Positions 1 to 7,373 of a stretch of 11,568 nucleotides of DNA are shown here, in pieces. The DNA comes from Planctomycetota bacterium. Its GTDB lineage: Bacteria; Planctomycetota; UBA11346. The stretch covers positions 1 to 11,568 of the forward strand of contig JBBQSO010000125.1 of assembly GCA_038213805.1 (NCBI GenBank). Reading direction: 5' to 3'. Each line of letters begins with the position of its first letter. The first letter of the stretch is position 1. The translations under genes and the position numbers were made by a program. The notes under the pieces are model-generated. The model was not told where the DNA came from and ran no database searches. It saw nothing but the letters and a program-made list of their open reading frames with translations.

Positions 1-116
1 AGCCATCAGCCATCAGCCATCAGCCATCAGCCATCAGCCATCAGCCATCAGCCATCAGCCATCAGCCATCAGCCATCAGCCATCAGCCATCAGCCATCAG
101 CCATCAGCCATCAGCC
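1..116. repeat. Perfect heptamer tandem array (AGCCATC)16 + AGCC, running off the left edge
   Basis: Read directly: 16 exact units at 1-112, then a partial or degenerate unit AGCCCAC at 113-119. It is the reverse complement of the right-end array. Confidence 0.99.
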
Positions 117-146
117 CACAACTGATACCCCCGTTCCCACGTACGT

Positions 147-959
147 TTACGTCGGAGCGGCGCCAGCCTGCACGAGGCCGGTGGCGGCTTGGGCGGCGGC
201 GCGCTCGACGGGGTCTTCCGAGCGCGTGGCGCGCTCGAGCAGGGTCAGGGCGTCGCCGCGGGGATGGCGGGCGATGACCGGCCAGATCTCCGGGGTGATG
301 GTGCGCTTGGCGGCCCAGCGCTCGCGCGTCAGGTCGCACAGCGAGCGGGTGAGGTCGGCATTGGCGCGGCCGGCGAGGCCATGGATGCGTGGCAGGGGCG
401 CGCCGACGAAGACCGCCTTGACCACGGCCTGGTTGAAGGCGTGGTCTTCGAGCCAGGCGGCGATGTAGGGGTTGTCGAGCGCGACCGCCTCGAACACCGG
501 CTTCATGCTGCTGCGCAGACCCTCGGCGGCGCGCAGGCGCAGCAGCTGCGGGTGCGGGAAGAGGGCGAGCGCCTGATAGAGCGCGACCTGCTCCTCCATG
601 CCGCTGCTGTTGAACAGTGCGTCGAGCGCAGCCAGCCAGGCGGCGGGGTCGGCGCTGGGCAGGGCCAGCACCAGGCGTGTGCGTACCGCCTGATCGCAGC
701 TCCAGCGCGTCGGCTGCCAGCCCGGCACCAGCACCGCTGCCGCGGCGAGCTGCGCGCCGTCCAGCCCCAGATCCGCGCGCCCGGCGCGGCGCGCGGCCGC
801 GCCGAAGGCCAGGTACAAGGTGCGCGCCGGCGCGCCGGCGGCGAGGCTCGCGCAGGTCTGAGCGAGCCAGGCGCGCACCTCGGCCTTGAGGTGACGGCCC
901 AACCAGCTATCGATCAAGGCGGCGCCGCGCATCGGCGTCGCAGGCGCGGCGTGGTCCAT
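147..959 (-). CDS. eboA: EboA-family protein (ebo metabolite-trafficking cluster protein A)
   Basis: The C-terminal half matches the EboA pattern: EQVALYQAL..FP..AAEGLRS.M..VFEAVALDNPY..FNQ.V.KAVF.G.PL.RI.GL..RAN..L..ERWAA.R. The stop is TAA at 147-149. Start taken as ATG 957-959 (ATG 930-932 is an alternative); the ORF-track start at 1061 overlaps the divergent gene. Confidence 0.82.
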   Translation of the reverse strand: MDHAAPATPMRGAALIDSWLGRHLKAEVRAWLAQTCASLAAGAPARTLYLAFGAAARRAGRADLGLDGAQLAAAAVLVPGWQPTRWSCDQAVRTRLVLALPSADPAAWLAALDALFNSSGMEEQVALYQALALFPHPQLLRLRAAEGLRSSMKPVFEAVALDNPYIAAWLEDHAFNQAVVKAVFVGAPLPRIHGLAGRANADLTRSLCDLTRERWAAKRTITPEIWPVIARHPRGDALTLLERATRSEDPVERAAAQAATGLVQAGAAPT

Positions 960-1059
960 GAAGACCAATATCCGCCCTGCCTCCACCCTGCCAAGCAGCG
1001 GTGCGGGTCCGCTTCGGCACCGCGCCAACCACCCCCGCCGGTCCCAGCCGGCCCCCGCC

Positions 1060-1629
1060 ATGAACCATTTCCTTGCCCTGCGCCTTGCCGACGACTCCCG
1101 CGACCGCCTGGCGGCCGTCGCCGAACGGCTGCAGGCCTGGCAGCTGCCCGCCGCCTGGGTCCACCCCGATGACTACCACCTGACGGTGGCCTTCCTCGGC
1201 GCCGTTGATGCGGACGAGGCGCGCTACCTGCCGCACAGCATCGCCAGCGTCGCGGGCAGCCTGCGCCGCCCGCAACTGCGCTTCAGCGGCCTGGGCGCGA
1301 GCGGCGGGCGCACCGAGCCGCGCGTGGTCTACACCGCGCTCGACGATCCCGAGCAGGCCTGCGCCGGCATCCACCGCGACCTCTGCGACTGCCTGGGGAT
1401 GGAACCGGAGCGGCAGTTCCTGCCGCACGTCACCATCTGCCGCCCGCGCAGCGCCGCGCCGCGCGACCTCGCGGGCGCGGCCAACCGCTCATGGCCCCTG
1501 TTGCTTGAGGCGCATGGCCTGGCCGACTGGGGCGCCTGCCCGACCACCGATCTGGTGCTCTACCGCACGCAGCCGGAACGCGGCACCCGCTACCAGGAAG
1601 TCCAGCGCTGGCCGTTGATCGCGGCGTGA
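1060..1629 (+). CDS. thpR: RNA 2',3'-cyclic phosphodiesterase (2H phosphoesterase, LigT/ThpR family)
   Basis: Two HxT motifs (YHLTVAFLG and FLPHVTICR). The N-terminus MNHFLAL resembles MRLFIAL, and the protein ends with the LYR...Y motif. ATG at 1060. Confidence 0.9.
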   Translation: MNHFLALRLADDSRDRLAAVAERLQAWQLPAAWVHPDDYHLTVAFLGAVDADEARYLPHSIASVAGSLRRPQLRFSGLGASGGRTEPRVVYTALDDPEQACAGIHRDLCDCLGMEPERQFLPHVTICRPRSAAPRDLAGAANRSWPLLLEAHGLADWGACPTTDLVLYRTQPERGTRYQEVQRWPLIAA

Positions 1630-1639
1630 CGCCGCGGGC

Positions 1640-1690
1640 GGGTGCAGGGTGCGGACCAGCGATGCAGTCCGCACCCCGCACTGCGCACGG
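1640..1690. repeat. Hairpin built from heptamer units (GGGTGCA/GGGTGCG ... CGCACCC/CGCACTG/CGCACGG); possible terminator or stabilising stem after thpR
   Basis: GTGCAGGGTGCGGAC (1642-1656) pairs 14/15 with GTCCGCACCCCGCAC (1667-1681) around a 10-nt loop, starting about 12 nt after the thpR stop. There is no U-tract. Confidence 0.7.
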
Positions 1691-1735
1691 TTCCTGGGGT
1701 ATACTTCCGCGGCAGAAGCGCACAGGGTGAACGTC

Positions 1736-1793
1736 TTGCGCTCCTGACCGCCGCCACGTAGGTCTCTCCTGGTCAGCGCACCGTCCCGAAGGA
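1736..1793 (+). promoter_or_regulatory. Candidate sigma70-type promoter and RBS for the Clp-like ATPase
   Basis: TTGCGC (1736-1741)-N17-TAGGTC (1759-1764). An alternative -10, TATACT, lies at 1700-1705. SD-like GAAGGA at 1788-1793 is 7 nt before ATG 1801. Confidence 0.35.
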
Positions 1794-1800
1794 ACCAGTC

Positions 1801-2949
1801 ATGCCGCACGCCGAGCCTTCGCCCCACCGTGTGTCGCTGGTTCTCGACCCGCTCAAGCGCTCGCCCCAGGTGACGCGCTTCGAAGGCATGCTGCGCGAGC
1901 GCGTGGTCGGGCAGATGAGCGCGATCGACGCCATCCTCGACTCGTTCAGCAAGATCCTGGCCGGCATCCGCAATCCGGAGCGACCGATCCTGACCCTGCT
2001 CTTCCTCGGCCCCACCGGCGTCGGCAAGACCGAGACCGTCAAGGCCCTGGCCGAGACCATCTTCGGCAAACGCACCGCGTTCACGCGCGTGAACTGCCAG
2101 GAATTCTCCAGCGAATTCACGGTTTCCAAGCTGTTCGGCTCGCCCCCCGGCTACGTCGGCAACGACGTCGAGCCGATGCTGTCGCAGGACAATCTCGACA
2201 AGCACCATAAAGAGGCCCAGACCGAGGGCCGCGGCGTGTTCGCCGAGGGCGAGGGCAAGATCGCCAAGCTCTTCCCGCAGGTGAAGAGCCACTACATGTC
2301 GATCGTGCTGTTCGACGAGGTCGAAAAGGCCCACCCCAAGGTGTGGAACGCGCTGCTCGGCCTGATGGAGGACGGCCACCTGACCCTGGGCAACAACAAG
2401 ACCGTCGATTTCACGCGCTCGATCATCATCATCACCACCAACGTCGGTGCCGAGGAGATGAGCGAGACGCTGCGCCACAAATCGATCGGCTTCACCGTCA
2501 AGACCGCCACCGACGAGATCAACCTCGACATCAAGGCCAAGGCGGTCGAGGCGGCCAAAGAGGTCTTCCCTTACGAATTCCTCAACCGCTTCGACGACAT
2601 CATCTGCTTCCGCGTGCTCAGCGACACCGACCTGCGCAAGATCCTCAACCTGATGCTGCAGGACGTGTGCAAGCGCCTGCTCGGCGCGAGCATGCCGATC
2701 ATCCTGCACTATTCGCCCGCCTATCTCGAAAAGCTGCAGGACGAGGGCACCGACCCTCAGTTCGGCGCGCGCCCGATGCGCCGCGCCGTCGAGCGCATGC
2801 TGGTCGCGCCGCTGTCGCGCCTGATCGCTTCCAACCAGGTCAAGGCAGGCGACATCGTCAGCGTGCGCCTGCGCAGCGGCGTTCCGACCTTCATCCGCGA
2901 AGGTACCGAGTCGTCGAAGAAGGTGCCGGACGCGAAAGTCCTGCGCTGA
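1801..2949 (+). CDS. Stand-alone ClpA/ClpB/ClpC-type second AAA+ module (AAA_2 + ClpB_D2-small) ATPase
   Basis: Shows VVGQ, Walker A GPTGVGKT (2008-2031), pore loop GSPPGYVG, Walker B VLFDEVEKAHP, EDGHLT, TTNVG, EFLNRFD and sensor-2 FGARPMRR. It is 382 aa with no N-domain or D1. Confidence 0.92.
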   Translation: MPHAEPSPHRVSLVLDPLKRSPQVTRFEGMLRERVVGQMSAIDAILDSFSKILAGIRNPERPILTLLFLGPTGVGKTETVKALAETIFGKRTAFTRVNCQEFSSEFTVSKLFGSPPGYVGNDVEPMLSQDNLDKHHKEAQTEGRGVFAEGEGKIAKLFPQVKSHYMSIVLFDEVEKAHPKVWNALLGLMEDGHLTLGNNKTVDFTRSIIIITTNVGAEEMSETLRHKSIGFTVKTATDEINLDIKAKAVEAAKEVFPYEFLNRFDDIICFRVLSDTDLRKILNLMLQDVCKRLLGASMPIILHYSPAYLEKLQDEGTDPQFGARPMRRAVERMLVAPLSRLIASNQVKAGDIVSVRLRSGVPTFIREGTESSKKVPDAKVLR

Positions 2950-3196
2950 GCTTGCCGTGGGCGGCTGACGTCGCCGACATTCGCGGTGATCGATAGACGT
3001 GCGCGCGGGGTGTGGTTCATCTCTTTGGAGCTGCCACCGATCAGCGATGTGATGTGGCGGTGAGCCGCGTCGTGATGTGTGCTGCCTGGCTCTCGCGCGC
3101 ACCGCATCAGTGATGCCCGCTCCGCGGGCTCATGTGCAGGCGCCCGACGCTAGCGACACGCCGCGGCATCTCATCTTTCCGACGTGATGCCCTCTG

Positions 3197-3217
3197 CCTC
3201 GCGTCTCGCTTCTCGCC
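3197..3217. repeat. Short degenerate heptamer array (CCTCGCG TCTCGCT TCTCGCC) just after the diguanylate cyclase stop
   Basis: Three YCTCGCN units, separated by 1 nt from the TAG at 3219-3221 (minus strand). Confidence 0.55.
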
Positions 3218-3218
3218 C

Positions 3219-4481
3219 CTACTCCCTTGGCCGCATCCCCGTCCCGCCATCCGCGGCGATGGCGCGCTGGATCGAGGTCTCGCTGCCGGGGGAGTGGCGG
3301 CGGTTGCGCCGCGAGGTGGTGCGCAGCAGCTGGTCGAGGGCGGTGTCGGTGGCGGTGCAGACGCGGTTGCGGCCGCTGCCCTTGGCCGCGTAGAGGGCGG
3401 CGTCGGCGCGCGCGACCAGGGCTTCGACGGTGTCGTCCTGCAGACAGCCGGCGAGGCCGACCGAGACCGTCACCGGCGCGGGCAGGCCGGTGAGCGCGGC
3501 GATGCCGGCGCGCAGGCGCTCGGCGACCAGCGCCACGCCCTCGGGCGGGGTGTTGGGCAGGATGACCAGGAATTCCTCGCCGCCGAAGCGGCACACCAGA
3601 TCGCCGGTGCGCAGCTGCGCGACCAGCGCACGACCGACCAGGCCCAGCACGCGGTCGCCGGCGGCGTGGCCGTGCGCGTCGTTGATGTGCTTGAAGAGGT
3701 CGATGTCGACCATCGCCACGGTGACCACCTCGCCGCCGTCGACCAGCTCGCGCAGGCGGGTTTCGCCGTACCAGCGGCGGTGTGTGCCGGTGAGCGGGTC
3801 CTGGCGCGCCAGCGACTGCAGCTCGCCATAGAGCACCACGCGGCGCAGCGACAGTGCGAGCTGGCTGCGCAGCACCTCGGCGACGTAGCGCTGGTCGGCG
3901 GCGCTGCGCCCGCGCAGGCTCGGCTGCAGGCGCGCCTGGCGCAGCACCAGCGCGGCCTGGCCGCTGACCCCGGGGCTGAGGTCGAGGACCAGCTCGCCGC
4001 CGGTCTCCTCGGGCAGCTGCGCGGGCGCGGCCAGCGTCGGCGCGGCGCCCTCGGCGGGACCGCCCAGGCTGCGCCAGGTGCCGCGCTCCCACACCAGCAG
4101 GTCAACCGAGCTGCACGCCCAGTAGCGGCGCATCGCCGCGGCGAAGCGCGTGCGCGCGTCAGCCTCGTCGACGCAGCCGACCAGCTCGGCGCTGACCTCG
4201 AAGACGCTGCGCTGCAGCTCCTGGGCCTCCTCGAGCACGGCCAGCTCCTCGGTGATGGTCGCGCGCCGCTTGGCGAGCAGCGCCGGATCGAGGATGAGCA
4301 GGCGGGTGTGCGCCCCGCTGGCATCGCGGGCGCCACGCAACCCGGCGCCCGCCAGCGCGGCGCCGCCCACCAGCAGCGCGCCGCCGGCCAGCCCGGCGGG
4401 CAGCCAGCGACCCTCCCACGCGCACCAGCCGGCGAGGACTGCGAGCGTGAGCAGCGGCACGAAGCGCAGCTGGGCGATCAC
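3219..4481 (-). CDS. Membrane-anchored GGDEF diguanylate cyclase (GGEEF active site, intact RxxD I-site)
   Basis: Two N-terminal hydrophobic segments, a coiled coil and a GAF-like region, then QDPLTG, MVDIDLFKHINDAHGHAAGD, RTGD-LVCRF-GGEEF and ADAALYAAKGSGRN. The GTG start overlaps the upstream TGA (GTGA). Confidence 0.93.
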   Translation of the reverse strand: MIAQLRFVPLLTLAVLAGWCAWEGRWLPAGLAGGALLVGGAALAGAGLRGARDASGAHTRLLILDPALLAKRRATITEELAVLEEAQELQRSVFEVSAELVGCVDEADARTRFAAAMRRYWACSSVDLLVWERGTWRSLGGPAEGAAPTLAAPAQLPEETGGELVLDLSPGVSGQAALVLRQARLQPSLRGRSAADQRYVAEVLRSQLALSLRRVVLYGELQSLARQDPLTGTHRRWYGETRLRELVDGGEVVTVAMVDIDLFKHINDAHGHAAGDRVLGLVGRALVAQLRTGDLVCRFGGEEFLVILPNTPPEGVALVAERLRAGIAALTGLPAPVTVSVGLAGCLQDDTVEALVARADAALYAAKGSGRNRVCTATDTALDQLLRTTSRRNRRHSPGSETSIQRAIAADGGTGMRPRE

Positions 4482-5803
4482 GACGCGGTCTCAACGCGGT
4501 CGCGGCCCGCGGCCTTGGCGCGGTAGCAGGCCGCATCGGCACGCGCCAGCGCCGCGCGCGCGCCCTCGTCGCCGCCCAGCACCGCCACGCCCAGCGACGC
4601 GGTGACGCGGCGCTCCGGCGCCGCGCTGTCGACCACGGCACCGGCGATGGCGCGGCGCACGCGCTCGGCGGCGGCGGTGAGCGCCTCCAGGCCCAGCCCG
4701 GGCACCGTCACCGCGAACTCCTCACCACCGTAGCGGCAGGCGATCGAGCCCGTCGGCACGCTCGCGACTAGCGCCTTGGCCACCGCGGTCAGCGCCGCGT
4801 CGCCGGCAGGGTGCCCCCAGGTGTCGTTGAAGCGCTTGAGGTGGTCCAGGTCGCACATGATCACGCCCAGCGGGTGCGCCTGACGGCGGCTGGCGGCGGC
4901 CTGCTCGTCGAGGCGGCGCAGGAACTCGTGCTGGCCGTACAGCCCGGTGAGGTCGTCGCGCAGCGCCAAGCCGCGCGCCTGGCTGACCAGGTCGACCGCG
5001 GCCAGACCGAGGCCGCCAAGCCGGCCGAGCGCGCCGAGCAGCTCGAGCGCGAGGCGGTCGCCGACGTCACGCGATTCGAGCTCGACGACCAGCGCGCCGT
5101 GCTGCGCCTGGCCGCCGTCGCGCCCGCCACCCAGCCCCTGGCGGCGGTCGCCACGCAGCGGGATGAGCAGGCGCACGATGCGCCCGCTGCGCCGCACCAG
5201 CGGCCGCGCCTCGGCGGCGACGTAGAGCTCATCGTCGCCGGCCGCGCGTGCGCAGGCCTTGCCGTCGACGCCGCTCGAGGCCTGGCACTCCAGATGCGCC
5301 GGTTCGCCAAGGAACACCAGCACCTCGCGCACGTCCGGCAGCAGCGCGCGGGCGCGCCGGCACAGCACCTCGGCGAACTGTCCGCCTTCGCGCGCCGCGG
5401 ACAGCTCAAGGCAGGCGTCGAGCAGCACCGGGTAGCGCTGGATGTGGCGGTGCAGCAGGCTGCGCTCGTGCTCGGCGTCGCGCAGCTCGGCGCGCAGCCG
5501 GCGCAGCCTGGTCTCATCCGGTTCGCCGCGGCGCTGCAGGGCGACCATGCCGGCCAGCCCGGCCAGCGTCCAGCCCGCCAGCGCGCCCCAGCCGCCGCCC
5601 GGCAGCAGGGCGCAGGCCGGCAGCGCCGCCACCAGCCCCGGCAGCCCGAAGCGCGGCCACGCCCCGACCGCCCAGGACGCGCAGGCCCCCGCCGCCAGCC
5701 ACGCCGGCACCCCCTCCGCACCCAGCCCGAGCGCTGCGCTGGCAGCGCTCGCCGCGAGCAGCGCAGCGGAGGCTGGCAGGACCTGGATCGGCGCGGCGAG
5801 CAT
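4478..5803 (-). CDS. Membrane-anchored GGDEF diguanylate cyclase (GGEEF active site, no I-site)
   Basis: About 3-4 hydrophobic N-terminal segments, a coiled coil and a GAF-like region, then RDDLTGL, MCDLDHLKRFNDTWGHPAGD, PTGS-IACRY-GGEEF and ADAACYRAKAAGRD. The start is trimmed to ATG 5801-5803 because the longer ORF runs antisense over hisB. Confidence 0.92.
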   Translation of the reverse strand: MLAAPIQVLPASAALLAASAASAALGLGAEGVPAWLAAGACASWAVGAWPRFGLPGLVAALPACALLPGGGWGALAGWTLAGLAGMVALQRRGEPDETRLRRLRAELRDAEHERSLLHRHIQRYPVLLDACLELSAAREGGQFAEVLCRRARALLPDVREVLVFLGEPAHLECQASSGVDGKACARAAGDDELYVAAEARPLVRRSGRIVRLLIPLRGDRRQGLGGGRDGGQAQHGALVVELESRDVGDRLALELLGALGRLGGLGLAAVDLVSQARGLALRDDLTGLYGQHEFLRRLDEQAAASRRQAHPLGVIMCDLDHLKRFNDTWGHPAGDAALTAVAKALVASVPTGSIACRYGGEEFAVTVPGLGLEALTAAAERVRRAIAGAVVDSAAPERRVTASLGVAVLGGDEGARAALARADAACYRAKAAGRDRVETAS

Positions 5804-5850
5804 GGGCACGGTTGTCCTTCCCGGGCGCTGACGGAGCAAGGCCCACCTGC

Positions 5851-5859
5851 ATGATACCA
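5851..5859 (-). promoter_or_regulatory. Candidate extended -10 promoter (TG-G-TATCAT) for the diguanylate cyclase operon
   Basis: The minus strand reads TGGTATCAT about 47 nt upstream of ATG 5803, an AT-rich spot in GC-rich DNA. There is no good -35. Confidence 0.45.
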
Positions 5860-6014
5860 CGCGCTTCCGCCAGGCGCGAGGTTCCTCGCACAGCGACTGC
5901 AGATCGGGCGGATGCGCCCGCCCCACCGCACGTCCCCTGCGGCATTGCCGCACCGCGCGCGTCCCCGTCTTCCCTCCCCCCCTCCACGCCATACCTTCCC
6001 CGCAGAGGATCCCC

Positions 6015-6599
6015 ATGCCGCGCACCGCCACCGTGACCCGCAAGACCCGCGAGACCGACATCAGCGCGACCTGGGACCTTGACCACGCCGGCGCGGCGCG
6101 CGTCAGCACCGGCATCGGCTTCCTTGACCACATGCTTGAGGCGCTCGGCAAGCACAGCGGCACCAGCCTGACGGTGAGCTGCACCGGCGACCTGCACATC
6201 GACGGCCACCACACCACCGAGGACGTCGGCATCGTCCTCGGCCAATGCCTGCGCGAGGCGCTCGGCGAGCGCCTTGGCATCGAGCGCTTCGGCCACATCG
6301 CCTGCCCGCTCGACGAGGCCCTGGCCACCGCCACGGTCGACATCTCCGGCCGCCCGTACCTGGTCTACGACCTGCGCCCCGAGGCGGCGATGCTCGGCAC
6401 CTGGGCGACCGAGCTGGTCCCCGAGTTCTTCGGCGGCCTGACCGACAACGCGCGCATCTGCGTGCACCTGCACCAGCTGCACGGCCGCAACAGCCACCAC
6501 ATCGTCGAGGCCGGCTTCAAGGCCTTCGCGCGCGCCCTGCGTCAGGCGATCCGTGTGACCGGGACTGATCTGCCGAGCACCAAGGGGCTGCTGGCCTGA
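6015..6599 (+). CDS. hisB: Imidazoleglycerol-phosphate dehydratase
   Basis: Shows RKTRETDI, TGIGFLDHML, GDLHIDGHHTTEDVGI, PLDEAL, DISGRP, GRNSHHIVEAGFKAFARALRQA and PSTKG. SD AGAGGA at 6004-6009. Confidence 0.98.
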   Translation: MPRTATVTRKTRETDISATWDLDHAGAARVSTGIGFLDHMLEALGKHSGTSLTVSCTGDLHIDGHHTTEDVGIVLGQCLREALGERLGIERFGHIACPLDEALATATVDISGRPYLVYDLRPEAAMLGTWATELVPEFFGGLTDNARICVHLHQLHGRNSHHIVEAGFKAFARALRQAIRVTGTDLPSTKGLLA

Positions 6600-6621
6600 G
6601 CAGGCGGGCGAGCGGGATGCA

Positions 6622-6900
6622 ATGACCTCGGACCCCGTCCCATCCCCGTCGGCGCCAAGGCCGCGACGGCGTTGGGGAAGGATCGCGCTCGCACTGACTC
6701 TCACCGGGTTTGGTGGGTCATGGCTCTGCGGCCTCCTCCTGCCCACAGAACCGCCAACGCACGGTCCCACGTTCGTGGATTGGCTGCTGGTCGGTATCAG
6801 TTGCGCCTTCGTCCTGGCCCTGCTCTCCGGAATGCTGGTGGGCATCTTCGCGGTCGCGACCGGTTCGCTGCGGCGCCGACCGCAGGAGCCGCCGCCATGA
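6622..6900 (+). CDS. Small hypothetical membrane protein (2 TM)
   Basis: 92 aa with two hydrophobic stretches flanked by Arg clusters. Its stop overlaps the next start (ATGA 6897-6900). Confidence 0.6.
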   Translation: MTSDPVPSPSAPRPRRRWGRIALALTLTGFGGSWLCGLLLPTEPPTHGPTFVDWLLVGISCAFVLALLSGMLVGIFAVATGSLRRRPQEPPP

Positions 6901-7373
6901 AGCTGCTGCGCTCCTACGCCGACCGCGCCGCCGCCGAGCTCGATCTCGATCTGCTGCGAGCCAACCGCATAGACGCGGTCCTCGACGCGGCCGGTTGCAG
7001 CGGCACGCAGGACCTGCGGCTGTCGGTGCCCGCCGACCAGCATCTCCCGGCGCTCGCCCTCCTCACGGACGAGGCGGAAAGCCATGCGCAGGTCCCGGCG
7101 GTCGCGCAGTCCGCCGGCCGGCGGACAGTCGTGATGCTCATCCGTGGCGCAGCGCTGTTCTTCATCGTCAATGCGCTGCTCTCCCTCGCCGCGCTTGGTG
7201 AATACGTGTGGCGCGGCGATCAGGCGCCGAATCCTCCCTCCGGCCCACCCCGCCAGGGAGCGCAGCGGGATTTCGCGCATCTGGCGATGCACGCGCTGAT
7301 GGGCGGCCTGCTGCTCGCGTACGCGGAGCCGCTGGCCAGGCTCCTCTGCCGTGACCGGAGGCCGCGGCCATGA
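6897..7373 (+). CDS. Membrane protein with N-terminal DUF2007-like (putative signal-transducing) domain and 2 TM helices
   Basis: MKLLRSY.DR..AEL...LL.AN.I.A.L...LRLSVP..Q...ALALL fits the DUF2007 pattern. ATGA overlaps occur at both ends. Confidence 0.65.
   Translation: MKLLRSYADRAAAELDLDLLRANRIDAVLDAAGCSGTQDLRLSVPADQHLPALALLTDEAESHAQVPAVAQSAGRRTVVMLIRGAALFFIVNALLSLAALGEYVWRGDQAPNPPSGPPRQGAQRDFAHLAMHALMGGLLLAYAEPLARLLCRDRRPRP

Noticed and set aside
1..116. CRISPR array at either end
   Set aside because: These are contiguous 7-mers with no spacers, and there are no cas genes.
97..339. 80-aa minus-strand ORF ending in ...LMADG
   Set aside because: It is an alternative frame inside eboA that simply stops in the repeat, with an Arg/Pro-rich shadow composition.
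958..1061. N-terminal extensions of eboA (to 1061) and thpR (from 958)
   Set aside because: The two extensions would overlap head-to-head. Family similarity starts at 1060 for thpR and at or below 959 for eboA, so this is the divergent promoter region.
1489..3102. 537-aa minus-strand ORF, and the similar long ORFs 189-1172, 3132-4526, 4811-5854, 5514-7292 and 7220-8176
   Set aside because: These are antisense shadows of well-supported genes, expected in high-GC DNA with strong codon bias, and they carry no motifs.
5804..6014. c-di-GMP riboswitch or His attenuator in the divergent spacer
   Set aside because: Only short GC stems are present (e.g. GCGAGG-TT-CCTCGC). I could not see a GEMM consensus, a His-codon leader peptide or a U-tailed terminator.
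5804..6343. 180-aa N-terminal extension of the upstream diguanylate cyclase
   Set aside because: It overlaps hisB antisense and crosses the putative promoter; the hydrophobic N-terminus begins at 5803.
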